Origin: Parcubacteria group bacterium
GTDB taxonomy: Bacteria; Patescibacteriota; Minisyncoccia; Phycocordibacterales; UBA2135
Direction of reading: 5' to 3'
DNA: 64,000 nt
NCBI GenBank assembly: GCA_016204045.1
Contig: JACQLQ010000001.1
Coordinates: forward strand, 321,792-385,791
The first letter of the stretch is position 1, and each line of letters opens with the position of its first letter. Positions 38,763 through 48,204 of the stretch are shown in pieces. Under the pieces are notes generated by a model that saw only the letters and a list, made by a program, of their open reading frames with translations, was not told the DNA's origin and did not search any database. Both the position numbers and the translations under genes were made by a program.

Positions 38763-40337
38763 TTACTCCTCGTTCGGTAAGACGACGACGTCACCATCGC
38801 CAAGTCCAGAGAGGATTTCAATATTGCCAAGAGATGACACAAGTCCCGTCGTCACCTCCTGCTCAAACGGGTTGTTCTCTTTGAGAATTGTCACAAATTT
38901 CTTGCCGTCACGGCGTGTGATGACCCCCTGGGGTATGCTGACTACGTTTTGACGCTCTTCGGTGGTAATGACAATGTTCGCAGTCATGCCCGAACGGATG
39001 CGTGTGTCTCCGCCATCAAAGCGAAGCATTACTTTGTATGCTGAAACACCGTCGCGGACCGTACGTGCAGGGTCTATCGAAATGATCTTGCCGCCGAATG
39101 TAACATTCGGTCCGTACGCGTCAAGTGTTACCAGCGCAGGGTTCTCCGGCTTCAAGAGCGCTACGTTTACTTCTGGTACGTATCCTTCTATCTCAAGCGT
39201 TCCCTCGCCCATCATGGCAATGGGCGATGTCCCTGACGTGACGATTTCCCCCGGTCTAATGTCCATCTTCGTCAGAATGCCATTGAATGGCGCGATTACA
39301 AGTGTTTTTCGGAGTTGCGCCCGTACGTTCTCAAGGTCTGCTTGAGCGGCTTTAACACGGGCTTTCTGCGCGTTTATGTCCGACAGTGAACTCCCCGCAC
39401 GGTCCAGGGCAAGTTTCCGTTCGTTTTTTGCAAGCGCTGTTGCGGCGCTCTTTTCTGCCGTGACGGCGCTCGTCAAGGTGTCCATTGCAACGTTCAGATT
39501 TGTCCTTGCTCCAGCCACATCGCTTGTCCATTCCGCGAGCGACGCAGAAGTTACTTGTTCATTTCGCGTACTCTTGTTGAGAGCAGTGTTTGCTAGCGAC
39601 AGAAACCTAATACCCGCTTCAAGATCCGACTTCCCCTGTGTGTTTGCGGTAGAAAGTGATTCCCCTCCAAGTGTCGCCAGGGTACTCTCCCACCGTATAA
39701 GGACCTCTTCTAACGCGAGACGCGAAGATTCAAGCTTTTCTTTTATGGATTGGTCCGTCGTGACAAAGAGCAACTGCGGGTTCGCAGATCTCGGATTTTG
39801 TATGAATTGATCGACAGTGTTTCGTACGGCGTCATCAGTTTTCGTATACGCATTTTGCAGGGCGTTTATGACACCTTGTTTTGCTTGCATCAGCGTCGCT
39901 TCATCCATAGCCACCTGCGCTTCCGTAATGGCAATCTCTTCTGGGCGCAATCCTTGAACAAGCGAAGCAAGATTTGCTTCTTCTATTTCGAGTGCTGCCT
40001 CTTTCTGAAGCACGGCCGCACGCAGATCCCCATTTTCAAGCGAAGCTAGGATTGTGCCACGAGAGACGCGATCGCCAACCTTTGCATAAGTACCAGCAAT
40101 ACGGCCACCTTGGGTGAAGCCCAGGTCGGCATCGTCTGCGGCGACAACTGTTCCCGAGACAGAGATTTGCTGAAGAAAATCTGCTGGATGTAGAGCGAGT
40201 GTTTGGGCATCCCCGCCTCCTCCGTTCATTGCGAAGAGCGTTCCGCCAACAACGAGCATGCCGGTAATTCCTGCGATAATGAAGTGAGAGCGAATAAATG
40301 AGAGCGCGGCCTTTATGTGTGAGGTTATCGTAAGCAT
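38763..40337 (-). CDS. HlyD/MacA-family periplasmic adaptor (membrane fusion) protein
   Basis: N-terminal TM, biotinyl/lipoyl-like half-motifs, very long coiled-coil, C-terminal beta-barrel (GEIVTSG...). Confidence 0.8.
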   Translation of the reverse strand: MLTITSHIKAALSFIRSHFIIAGITGMLVVGGTLFAMNGGGGDAQTLALHPADFLQQISVSGTVVAADDADLGFTQGGRIAGTYAKVGDRVSRGTILASLENGDLRAAVLQKEAALEIEEANLASLVQGLRPEEIAITEAQVAMDEATLMQAKQGVINALQNAYTKTDDAVRNTVDQFIQNPRSANPQLLFVTTDQSIKEKLESSRLALEEVLIRWESTLATLGGESLSTANTQGKSDLEAGIRFLSLANTALNKSTRNEQVTSASLAEWTSDVAGARTNLNVAMDTLTSAVTAEKSAATALAKNERKLALDRAGSSLSDINAQKARVKAAQADLENVRAQLRKTLVIAPFNGILTKMDIRPGEIVTSGTSPIAMMGEGTLEIEGYVPEVNVALLKPENPALVTLDAYGPNVTFGGKIISIDPARTVRDGVSAYKVMLRFDGGDTRIRSGMTANIVITTEERQNVVSIPQGVITRRDGKKFVTILKENNPFEQEVTTGLVSSLGNIEILSGLGDGDVVVLPNEE

Positions 40338-40469
40338 GTGGAGACGCTAACATATTTTTCCCACTTTGTCACGTCTTACTTTGTGAGGTTTACTAGGCAT
40401 TCCGTATTCCCCTTTCGTTTTCGAGAAAGGTTTGTTAGACTGCCAAACAGTCCACTGTTCGAGGGACCC

Positions 40470-41114
40470 ATGGCGGAGACAATCGAAGAAACACCCATGA
40501 GCTTCTTTCAATCCGTACAAGCAGTGCTTGCCCTGCCAGACGCAGATGATAGGAAAGTTGTTATGGACAGAGTCGTGGCTCGCTGGAAGGAAAAGTCGCC
40601 ACTGGTCGCGGACGTCCTTGCTGGCAAGACTACGTTCGAAAACACAGTTAGGCCGCTTGTGGAACGCAATCTCACTGGGCTCGGAAGGTTTTTCTACAGT
40701 CGAAGGGCTTTCAAGACAGAAGCGTTCAAGAGGGTCGCGCAAGAAACTAGGGAAAAAGTCGGTGATACTCTGTCCTTTGGGGGTGAATACGCCATAGTTG
40801 GCCCAGGTTCCAGAACCAATTACAGAATATTCCTTACCGAACCCCTGCAGTCATTTTGGCCATCATTTTTTACAGCCCTGTCTATCATTCTCTTGATTAC
40901 CTCTGTGCTGTGGGTTCTCAGACTCATTTTTGTTGGCTTACCAGCATTTGCCAATCTTCCCTGGTTTCTGCTTTGGGGGTCTGGCATCGGAGCTTTCTTT
41001 GGAGTAATGTTCTCGTCGACTGAAATGGGTCTTCGTGTGGATAACCGGCGAGAGCTTGCCAAGAGTCTTCTTAGAGAAGCGCAGCTTCTCGACAAACAGG
41101 TCCGTAGCTTGTAA
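40470..41114 (+). CDS. hypothetical membrane protein
   Basis: Start chosen at MAETIEE with GAGGGA Shine-Dalgarno. The annotated ATG at 40338 would abut the divergent HlyD start. Two C-terminal TM helices. Confidence 0.45.
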   Translation: MAETIEETPMSFFQSVQAVLALPDADDRKVVMDRVVARWKEKSPLVADVLAGKTTFENTVRPLVERNLTGLGRFFYSRRAFKTEAFKRVAQETREKVGDTLSFGGEYAIVGPGSRTNYRIFLTEPLQSFWPSFFTALSIILLITSVLWVLRLIFVGLPAFANLPWFLLWGSGIGAFFGVMFSSTEMGLRVDNRRELAKSLLREAQLLDKQVRSL

Positions 41115-41181
41115 GGCACCCTTTGGGTGCTTTTTGTTGCGTCTTGAATCTAGACGTCAAAAATGGTAATTTCCCTGTTAG

Positions 41182-41266
41182 GGGCGTGTCGCATAGCGGC
41201 AATTGCACTTGGCTGTAAACCAAGCGGCTTCGGCCTACGGGGGTTCGAGTCCCTCCGCGCCCACCA
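41182..41266 (+). tRNA. tRNA-Tyr(GTA), long variable arm, CCA encoded
   Basis: GGGCGTGTCGCATAGCGGCAATTGCACTTGGCTGTAAACCAAG CGGCTTCGGCCTAC GGGGGTTCGAGTCCCTCCGCGCCCACCA. Confidence 0.9.
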
Positions 41267-41334
41267 AACAACGCGGCTTTGCCGCGTTTTGTATAGAGCG
41301 GAAGCGAAGTGCCTGCGCACTTCGCGTGGGACTC
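41247..41334 (+). repeat. 88-nt direct repeat copy A (tRNA-Tyr 3' half + terminator hairpin + gcgaagtgc/gcacttcgc hairpin)
   Basis: Identical to 41436..41523 except 2 mismatches. Period 189 nt. Confidence 0.8.
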
Positions 41335-41435
41335 GAACCGGCGGAGCCATGCCGAGTCCGCGAGGAGGGCGAGCCGCGTCCAACAGTACTTATGAACCCG
41401 AGCCTGTCGAGGGTGAATTAGTAACTGTGGGATCA

Positions 41436-41523
41436 GAGTCCCTCCGCGCCCACCAAACAACGCGGCTTTGCCGCGTTTTGTGTAGGGCGGAAGCGAAGTG
41501 CCTGCGCACTTCGCGTGGGACTC
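41436..41523 (+). repeat. 88-nt direct repeat copy B (partial tRNA-Tyr 3' end duplicate)
   Basis: gagtccctccgcgcccaccaaacaacgcggctttgccgcgttttgtgtagggcggaagcgaagtgcctgcgcacttcgcgtgggactc. Confidence 0.8.
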
Positions 41524-41571
41524 TCTGCGGTTGTATTTCAAACTTTGTTAGTTGTTCACTCGATTCCTTTG

Positions 41572-41927
41572 TGTTAGAACATGAGGAGAACACGTGCCCC
41601 GAGTTGCGTGTGGAAAAGGAATCCGTTGTGGCATCTCGGACTGGAGATGATGAACTCGTGGAGATCACAGACCCTTGGGGCGGTACTCTTGCCTCTGTTC
41701 CCATTACGTATCTCCGTACTGGGGAGACAGAACAGACGGTCATTATCGTTTGGGACATACGTTACAACCCAGAGCTTCAGGAGCATCATCGTATCCGGTA
41801 TCGCGATGCGCTGTGGCGAAAAATCTTAGTTAAATTCCGTGAACGAAAATGCCAGGCGATCTTCCGCTTCAATATGTCGGGGCTCGAGATATCTCGGGTG
41901 TACCCCCCAAGAGCAGTTTCGTCGTAA
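41572..41927 (+). CDS. hypothetical small protein (GTG start)
   Basis: 118-aa frame downstream of the repeats. Part of a longer spurious ORF that runs through the tRNA. Weak. Confidence 0.3.
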
Positions 41928-41999
41928 GCCCCGTCAAGGGCTTTTTCAATACAAGATAACTCCAGCCAATGCCGGAGTTATAACTCTAAATATCCAAAA

Positions 42000-42461
42000 C
42001 TATTCCTGCGCAGGAGTTGGGAGTGTTAGCTCGAAAACCCTTGAGGAAGTTTCCCTCCACCCACGCTTCCGATAAAATTTTTGCGCACCCTTTTTACTGC
42101 TGGTAAGGCGCGGACGGCCGATAAGACTTGCACGGACCTCTGCTTCTCCTAGTTTAAGGAGCTTAGTGCCTAGCCCGCGCCCTTCGTAATCAGGATGTGT
42201 TGCGACCTGTTCAATCCACCCCACATTTCGATTTTTGCCGCCACATGAAAGCAGATAGGTGTGAAGCGTTAAGGTGGCTACGATACGTCCAGTTCCGCTC
42301 TCCCTTGCAACAAAGAAATGCATACGCCCTTGTCCTAGGAATTCGTCGAATTCTTGAGCAGTCATCGGGGGTTGGGCGAACGCCGCCGCATTCAAAGCGT
42401 TGATGTCACTCAAATCGTGAGCTTTACCGCTAGGCTCGTACGGTCCTGTGTGGAAATCCAC
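42000..42461 (-). CDS. GNAT family N-acetyltransferase
   Basis: Acetyl-CoA binding motif VATHPDYEGRGLGTKLL. Confidence 0.8.
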   Translation of the reverse strand: MDFHTGPYEPSGKAHDLSDINALNAAAFAQPPMTAQEFDEFLGQGRMHFFVARESGTGRIVATLTLHTYLLSCGGKNRNVGWIEQVATHPDYEGRGLGTKLLKLGEAEVRASLIGRPRLTSSKKGAQKFYRKRGWRETSSRVFELTLPTPAQE

Positions 42462-42604
42462 AGAGCATCTCCGACTGCATATTCTAAGGCAAGGATATTG
42501 GTCAATATGGGCTTTGTCAATTTTGCCTATTATATAGAAAGCTTGCCTTTCTTGTCCGTTATGGTATCTTGGGAGGACACATATCTGCTTTTAAACCTTA
42601 TTCT

Positions 42605-42763
42605 ATGAGCCAAGACAGACTAATACGCATCGCCTGCACCAAGTGCAAAAGGATCAACTACTGGTCCCAAAAGAACAAGAAACTGGTCCAGCGCAAGATC
42701 GAGATCAAAAAGTATTGCAACTGGTGCCGCAAGCACATCCCCCACAAGGAGATAAAGAAGTAA
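42605..42763 (+). CDS. rpmG: 50S ribosomal protein L33
   Basis: MSQDRLIRIACTKCKRINYWSQKNKK...KKYCNWCRKHIPHKEIK: Cys4 zinc-ribbon L33. Confidence 0.85.
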   Translation: MSQDRLIRIACTKCKRINYWSQKNKKLVQRKIEIKKYCNWCRKHIPHKEIKK

Positions 42764-42790
42764 AAAGCGACCCCAAAATGGTCGCTTTTG
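42763..42790. terminator. bidirectional terminator after rpmG
   Basis: aaaagcgacc-ccaaaat-ggtcgcttttg. Confidence 0.6.
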
Positions 42791-42792
42791 CT

Positions 42793-42987
42793 TTAAGCAT
42801 CAACCAGCTTCTGGTCACCGAGAGTGATCTCAGTCCATGTGTAATACTCGCTATCCGCTCCGGGCCCGCTTCGTGCCGCAGCCACCAGCCGTGTTCCATC
42901 AGTGCACACCACACTCACTTCGCGCTTTGTTTCGTCGAAAGTTGCTTCTCTGATTGTCTTGCCTACCAATTGCGTGAGTTGGCGCAT
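42793..42987 (-). CDS. hypothetical small protein (64 aa)
   Basis: GGGAAAC Shine-Dalgarno before ATG 42987. Terminator downstream. Confidence 0.4.
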   Translation of the reverse strand: MRQLTQLVGKTIREATFDETKREVSVVCTDGTRLVAAARSGPGADSEYYTWTEITLGDQKLVDA

Positions 42988-43045
42988 TTAGGTTTCCCAC
43001 GAGTTTCTTTTTTAAACGTAGGGCATTACACGCAGTAGGTCAAGC

Positions 43046-43076
43046 AAAGAAAAAGGCGAGGTTGTTCCTCGCATGG
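43046..43076 (-). terminator. terminator of miaA/tRNA-Trp transcription unit
   Basis: Minus strand reads gcgagg-aacaa-cctcgc-ctttttcttt. Confidence 0.55.
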
Positions 43077-43079
43077 TTT

Positions 43080-43155
43080 TGGCAGGGGCGACAGGGATCG
43101 AACCTGCGGCCTTCGGTTTTGGAGACCGACGCTCTACCAACTGAGCTACGCCCCT
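43080..43155 (-). tRNA. tRNA-Trp(CCA), CCA encoded
   Basis: Reverse complement AGGGGCGTAGCTCAGTTGGTAGAGCGTCGGTCTCCAAAACCGA...GGTTCGATCCCTGTCGCCCCTGCCA. Confidence 0.9.
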
Positions 43156-43191
43156 ATCTAATAAAAAGGATATCACACATTTAACGTTCTT

Positions 43192-44100
43192 TCAATGGTC
43201 TTTGTTGAGGAGAAAAGTACGCACATGTTTCTCAATTTTTGAATATTCCTTTGGCGTAAACCATGCGATATCAAGATCGCGCTTGAACCAACGCATCTGC
43301 CGCTTTGCATAGTGGGAGATGGCGCTTCCCAATCCCTCCTCAAACTCTTTCTGCGTAAGTTTGCTCGTTAGGTAGTCAGCGAGGAATCGATATTCTAGTC
43401 CCAACTCTCGCATACGTTTCCACGAGAGCCCTTTTTTATGGAGTCGCTTTGCCTCCGCAATCATCCCTCCCCTAATTCGCGCGAATAAGCGAATGGTTAT
43501 CCTGCTCCTTAACTCCTGGTCGGGAAGTGTGAGCCCTATTTTAAGCGCATCATAATGCTCATCTTTTTTTCCGATGCGAGGTACCTTGCCGAGTGCTCGA
43601 GCAATTTCGATAGCACGTATAATGCGCCGCGGGTTTGCACGCTCAATCGTTTCCGCACGTTCTGGGTCGAGTGCTTCGAGTTTTTCTAATAATTCCAGAA
43701 GCGGCTTCGTCTCAAGCTCTTGGCGGAGCGTCGTGTCGGGGGGCACTTCGGGGAACGATATATTTCCGAGGACTGTGTCGATATAAAAACCGGTGCCACC
43801 GACCAAAATCGGGACCTTGCCGTGTGCAAGGATGTCCCGTATCGCGCGAGCCGCTTTTGTTCTGAATTGTGCGGCTGTGAATTGTTGTTTGGGAGATGCG
43901 ACATCAAGAAGGTGGTGGGGGATGCCCCGCATTTCTTTCTCGGTTACTTTACCAGTACCAATATCAAGACCTTTGTATACTTGCCTCGAATCGGCGGAGA
44001 TTACCTCACCACCAACTCTTTTTGCGAGCTTAACAGCGAGACTACTCTTGCCCGTAGCTGTGGGACCCACAATGACGATGACTTTTGGCTTCTGTAGCAT
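43192..44100 (-). CDS. miaA: tRNA dimethylallyltransferase
   Basis: P-loop GPTATGKS. DSRQVYKGLDIGTGK. Confidence 0.9.
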   Translation of the reverse strand: MLQKPKVIVIVGPTATGKSSLAVKLAKRVGGEVISADSRQVYKGLDIGTGKVTEKEMRGIPHHLLDVASPKQQFTAAQFRTKAARAIRDILAHGKVPILVGGTGFYIDTVLGNISFPEVPPDTTLRQELETKPLLELLEKLEALDPERAETIERANPRRIIRAIEIARALGKVPRIGKKDEHYDALKIGLTLPDQELRSRITIRLFARIRGGMIAEAKRLHKKGLSWKRMRELGLEYRFLADYLTSKLTQKEFEEGLGSAISHYAKRQMRWFKRDLDIAWFTPKEYSKIEKHVRTFLLNKDH

Positions 44101-44219
44101 AGATTATTTGTAACTGTACTACACGGGGCTTGCCAAGGCAAAAAGAGTGTTGTTTTCCCATTGCCCTCCCAAGGGTTCCTTGTTATTGTCTTTGCTAGAT
44201 TGGCAATCAGAGGAAAGAA

Positions 44220-44939
44220 ATGAAGGACGCACTTCCTAAGGACAGAACCTTTGTAGCAGTAGATGTCGATGAACTTCGCAAGGCAGAGCCTCTCGTCAAA
44301 ATGCTTGCTCCGCATGTGGGTTGTTTCAAGATCGGTCTGGAGCTCACGACAGCCGTGGGTGGCCCCCAGGCCGTAGAGTTTATCCACTCTCTCGGCGGAC
44401 AAGTCTTTTATGATGGCAAGTTCTGCGACATTCCTAATACGGTAGGCAGAGCAGCCAAAGCAGTTTCGGCGCTAGGAGTGAAGATGTTCAACGTTCATGC
44501 TTCTGCGGGAGTAGAAGCCATGGCTGCAGCAGTAAAAAACAAGGGGAACTCCCTTGTGCTGGCAGTAACGCTTCTCACGTCTCTGAATGAAGATGATATC
44601 AACGTCATCTTCGGTGGGCCAAGCAAGACCAAGGTTCTTCAGCTCGCACGGGATGCAATGCGCGCGGGTTGCGATGGTGTTATCTGTTCACCGCAAGAGC
44701 TCACCTTCCTTCGGAGTCACACGGATTTGCAGGATTTCTCACTCATTACACCTGGTGTTCGTCCTGCCGGCACAAGCAAGCAAGACCAGAAGCGAGTGAT
44801 GACACCGTATGAGGCTATCATGGCAGGTGCAGATGCACTTGTTATCGGCAGACCGATTACTGAAGATAAAGACCCCGTGTCTGCTGCGCAACGTATCGAA
44901 GAAGAAGTAAGGCGTGCGTGCCAGGAGAAGTCGGTATGA
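44220..44939 (+). CDS. pyrF: orotidine 5'-phosphate decarboxylase
   Basis: FVAVDV...FKIGLEL...DGKFCDIPNT motifs. 239 aa. Confidence 0.9.
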   Translation: MKDALPKDRTFVAVDVDELRKAEPLVKMLAPHVGCFKIGLELTTAVGGPQAVEFIHSLGGQVFYDGKFCDIPNTVGRAAKAVSALGVKMFNVHASAGVEAMAAAVKNKGNSLVLAVTLLTSLNEDDINVIFGGPSKTKVLQLARDAMRAGCDGVICSPQELTFLRSHTDLQDFSLITPGVRPAGTSKQDQKRVMTPYEAIMAGADALVIGRPITEDKDPVSAAQRIEEEVRRACQEKSV

Positions 44940-45619
44940 GCGCCGCAAAGGACTTTGTCCGTTACGCCCTCGCTCGGGAAGCAATCAAGATCATTCCCGG
45001 GGGCATGAAGCTCGTCAGTGGGCGTATTTCGCCCTACTACTTCAATTCCGGACCTTTTGACAAAGGAGCGTCTATTCGAGAGCTTGCAAAAGCATGTGCA
45101 GCCATTGCGCAGGATATGCAGACTGATGTTCTCTTTGGTCCGCCAATGAAAGGTATCCCACTTGCTGTTGCGACGGCTTACGAGCTCTACGAGCGTCACG
45201 ACATAAATGTCGGGTACGCTTTCAATCGACCAAAGGCAAAGGATCACGGTGATCAAGGCCTTATCCTGGGCCATCCTCTGAAGGGCAAACGTGTGTGCAT
45301 TATCGATAATGTCATTACGACAGGTGGCACACTCGATGAGACAGCACAACTCGTCCACAACGAAGGCGGTATTCTCGCCGGGGTCATCATTGCATTTGAC
45401 CGCCAAGAGCGGGTTACGGACGGAGCGAAGAGCGCGTCTGCGACTCAAGATTTTGAAGCACGTCACGGCGTTCCCGTCCGTGCTGCTGCGACTTGCGATG
45501 ACCTTATCGCCGTATTGGGAGATATCGCCGAAGGGTTTGGTCCCAACGAAGAAAAGGAGTGGGGGCGAAACGCTCTCGCACTCGTTCTCGAATACAAAAA
45601 GAAATACGGAGCAGTCTAA
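44936..45619 (+). CDS. pyrE: orotate phosphoribosyltransferase
   Basis: PRPP-binding VCIIDNVITTGGT. ATGA start-stop overlap with pyrF. Confidence 0.9.
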   Translation: MSAAKDFVRYALAREAIKIIPGGMKLVSGRISPYYFNSGPFDKGASIRELAKACAAIAQDMQTDVLFGPPMKGIPLAVATAYELYERHDINVGYAFNRPKAKDHGDQGLILGHPLKGKRVCIIDNVITTGGTLDETAQLVHNEGGILAGVIIAFDRQERVTDGAKSASATQDFEARHGVPVRAAATCDDLIAVLGDIAEGFGPNEEKEWGRNALALVLEYKKKYGAV

Positions 45620-45626
45620 ATGACGC

Positions 45627-45661
45627 AACCCGATCGCTTTAAGCGATCGGGTTTTTGTTTT
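45627..45661 (+). terminator. terminator after pyrE
   Basis: aacccgatcgc-tttaa-gcgatcgggtttttgtttt. Confidence 0.7.
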
Positions 45662-45676
45662 GAGAAAAGGAGATGG

Positions 45677-46939
45677 TTACCCCCTGTGTCGTACACGTGA
45701 GGGGCGTGAGGGGACGTGTACGGGAGAAACTTTCGGGTAGTAGCGCATAAGGAATTGGTAAGCAATCCACGTTCCGAAAATGAAGATAGCAGACGATGCG
45801 ATTGCCCACGAGGGGCCAACCCATCCATATGCAAGTGCTGCAAAAATCGGACCGACAGCCCACCCCAAATCTTGGGCGAGGGTAATGACGCTCGCGAGGA
45901 GGCCTTTTCCATCCTCGTCGTGAGAAAGGGTGTGGAGCCAAGACCAGAGCGAGATACTCGTCAGTTCATCGCCTGTTGTCGCGAGGAATCCAAAGATGAG
46001 GAAGAGCCAGCCAAAGTCAAACCCGATTAACGTTGCCGAAATTGAAAAGAGAAGGAGCCCGAAGAATACATACGTCCGCTTGTCCCCCCTTTCGACGATT
46101 TTCCCAAGCGCAAAACCCGTAACGACGATAGCGAGGTCGAAAATGCCAAGACCAAGGCTCAAAAGTCCGGAGCTTACCTGGTGTGCGATGACGAGGGGAA
46201 CGATAAACCAAACTACGGCATAAAATACGGAAGAACTGAACCCTAAAAGCATAAGCATAATGCTCGCCGGGTTTAGTTTTGGCAAGAAGCATAACGTCGT
46301 ACCCAAGGGGTTGCGTCGGACATAATAATCACATGTCGCTAGTTTCACCTCTTTTACAAACAACTTTTTGTCTGGCGGTGCGAAGAGTATGACGACAAGT
46401 GCTACCGCCATACTCATAGTAATAATGAGCCCCATAACCTTCACATCGAGAAGGAGCACGAAGCCCAAGATGGCACTTGCTAAAAAGACTCCCGTCGAGA
46501 TAGCAACATCGCGCATGGCAAAAAATCGCGAGGACCTTTCTTCCGGGGCGTGCGCAAGGACATAGGCATTTGTTGCGAGTGGAACCAAGAGCCAACTCAC
46601 TGTTGCGGCGACCATGCTTATCATGTAGGTAAGAATCGTCAGGTCAACCATGAAGGCAATGCCGGCGAAGAGAAAGGCGATTACCGAGATTTTAAGGAAG
46701 CGGAGATAGCCAAATCGGTCGAGGATGTATCCAGCTGGCACATCAAGAATCATTTGTACAAACGAACTCGTGCTGATGATTGCTCCGACGACCCAAAGAG
46801 GCATCAATTGCTCACCAAGGGGAGAGAGAATGGAGTAGTGAAGGCTTCCTCCAAGTTTGTACATGACGAGGAAGATCCACAAAGGGATGAAGGCAATGAA
46901 GAGATGACGTATCGAGGGGGAGTGCTTTTGATCTGTCAT
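45677..46939 (-). CDS. MFS transporter
   Basis: 12 predicted TM helices. ILDRFGYLRF motif A-like loop. Confidence 0.85.
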   Translation of the reverse strand: MTDQKHSPSIRHLFIAFIPLWIFLVMYKLGGSLHYSILSPLGEQLMPLWVVGAIISTSSFVQMILDVPAGYILDRFGYLRFLKISVIAFLFAGIAFMVDLTILTYMISMVAATVSWLLVPLATNAYVLAHAPEERSSRFFAMRDVAISTGVFLASAILGFVLLLDVKVMGLIITMSMAVALVVILFAPPDKKLFVKEVKLATCDYYVRRNPLGTTLCFLPKLNPASIMLMLLGFSSSVFYAVVWFIVPLVIAHQVSSGLLSLGLGIFDLAIVVTGFALGKIVERGDKRTYVFFGLLLFSISATLIGFDFGWLFLIFGFLATTGDELTSISLWSWLHTLSHDEDGKGLLASVITLAQDLGWAVGPIFAALAYGWVGPSWAIASSAIFIFGTWIAYQFLMRYYPKVSPVHVPSRPSRVRHRG

Positions 46940-47023
46940 AGTTCTCGAAAATTCTTTTTGCCCTTTAATTATACACTTTGCGCAAATTTTTTTCGAGAAG
47001 AGTTATGAAAAGTCCTGTCTTAG

Positions 47024-47105
47024 TGCCCGGGGGGAGACTCGAACTCCCAAGCCTTGCGGCACACGATTTTGAGTCGTGCGCGTATACCAATTCCGCCACC
47101 CGGGC
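47024..47105 (-). tRNA. tRNA-Leu(CAA)
   Basis: Reverse complement GCCCGGGTGGCGGAATTGGTATACGCGCACGACTCAAAATCGTG...long variable arm...GAGTTCGAGTCTCCCCCCGGGCA. Confidence 0.9.
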
Positions 47106-47158
47106 ATCGTTTTCAGTGTACTTCAATTTGCTGCTCCGATCAATTTTGATATAATGAA

Positions 47159-48184
47159 ATGACTTCCAAACTCTACACTCTAGATTTTAAATGTAAAACG
47201 TCACCTATGGACAAGCGACCCTATAACCAATCTATTTTCTGGGTGGAAACAGAGAAGATTAAACCGAACCCCTATCAACCTCGGCGGGAATTTGATGAAG
47301 CGAAGTTAAAGGACCTCTCCGAATCCATCCGTCAGTATGGTATCTTGCAGCCGCTCGTTGTAACGCGAAAAGAATTTGCTACAGACGATGGGCTTCGCAC
47401 CGAGTATGAGCTCATTGCTGGCGAGCGGCGTCTGCGCGCCGCTCGGCTCGCGGGTGTCTCTCAGGTCCCCGTCATCATCCGCGAAGGGGATACGGAAGAA
47501 GTCAACGAGCGGGTGAAACTCGAGATTGCGATCATAGAAAACGTCCAACGCGAGGACCTGAACCCCATTGATCGTGCCCGCGCATTCAAGCGTCTTGCTG
47601 AAGAGTTCAGATTTACCCACGCTCAAATTGCGACGAGAATCAGCAAAAGCCGTGAGTTTGTTTCAAACAGCATTCGCATGCTCGCTCTTCCTGAAGCAAT
47701 CTTGCAGGCAATAGTTGACCAACAGATCACCGAGGGACACACAAGGCCGCTTTTGATGCTTATCGAGAAGCCCGATGAGCAAATGACGCTCTTTAAAGAT
47801 ATTCTCTACAAGAAGCTCAATGTTCGCGAAGCAGAACGCATTTCGCGGCACATTGCGCACGAACGTGCACGCAAAAAGTCTCCGGATATGGATCCAGAAT
47901 TGCTCGAGATCGAACGTCAACTTGCTTCGAGCCTCGGGACACGTGTCCACATTGAGCGTCGCGAAGTCGGCGGCGGGCGTGTTGCGATTGACTTTGTTAC
48001 TACCGACGACCTTCGCGGACTCCTTGAGCGCATTGTTCGCCTAGAGGAAGCAGCAGAAGAAATTGCAAATGCCGCCGAGGGAGTGGCATTGCAAGCTCCG
48101 GAGGATTCTGCCGAGAAGATTATTGAGAATCCACCAACCGAGGGAGACGGAGATCTCTACTCAGTAAAGAATTTCACCATTTAG
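47159..48184 (+). CDS. parB: ParB/Spo0J-family partition protein
   Basis: ParB box LIAGERRLRAARLAG. HTH. C-terminal dimerisation region. Start may be ATG 47210. Confidence 0.85.
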   Translation: MTSKLYTLDFKCKTSPMDKRPYNQSIFWVETEKIKPNPYQPRREFDEAKLKDLSESIRQYGILQPLVVTRKEFATDDGLRTEYELIAGERRLRAARLAGVSQVPVIIREGDTEEVNERVKLEIAIIENVQREDLNPIDRARAFKRLAEEFRFTHAQIATRISKSREFVSNSIRMLALPEAILQAIVDQQITEGHTRPLLMLIEKPDEQMTLFKDILYKKLNVREAERISRHIAHERARKKSPDMDPELLEIERQLASSLGTRVHIERREVGGGRVAIDFVTTDDLRGLLERIVRLEEAAEEIANAAEGVALQAPEDSAEKIIENPPTEGDGDLYSVKNFTI

Positions 48185-48204
48185 AAATAGCCCGCGTGAT
48201 CGGG

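Noticed and set aside
41163-41927. 254-aa plus ORF spanning tRNA-Tyr and the 88-nt repeats
   Set aside because: It reads straight through a tRNA gene, a terminator and the repeat copies. The repeated peptide segments merely mirror the DNA repeat. Only the 3' 118-aa part is kept as a low-confidence small ORF.
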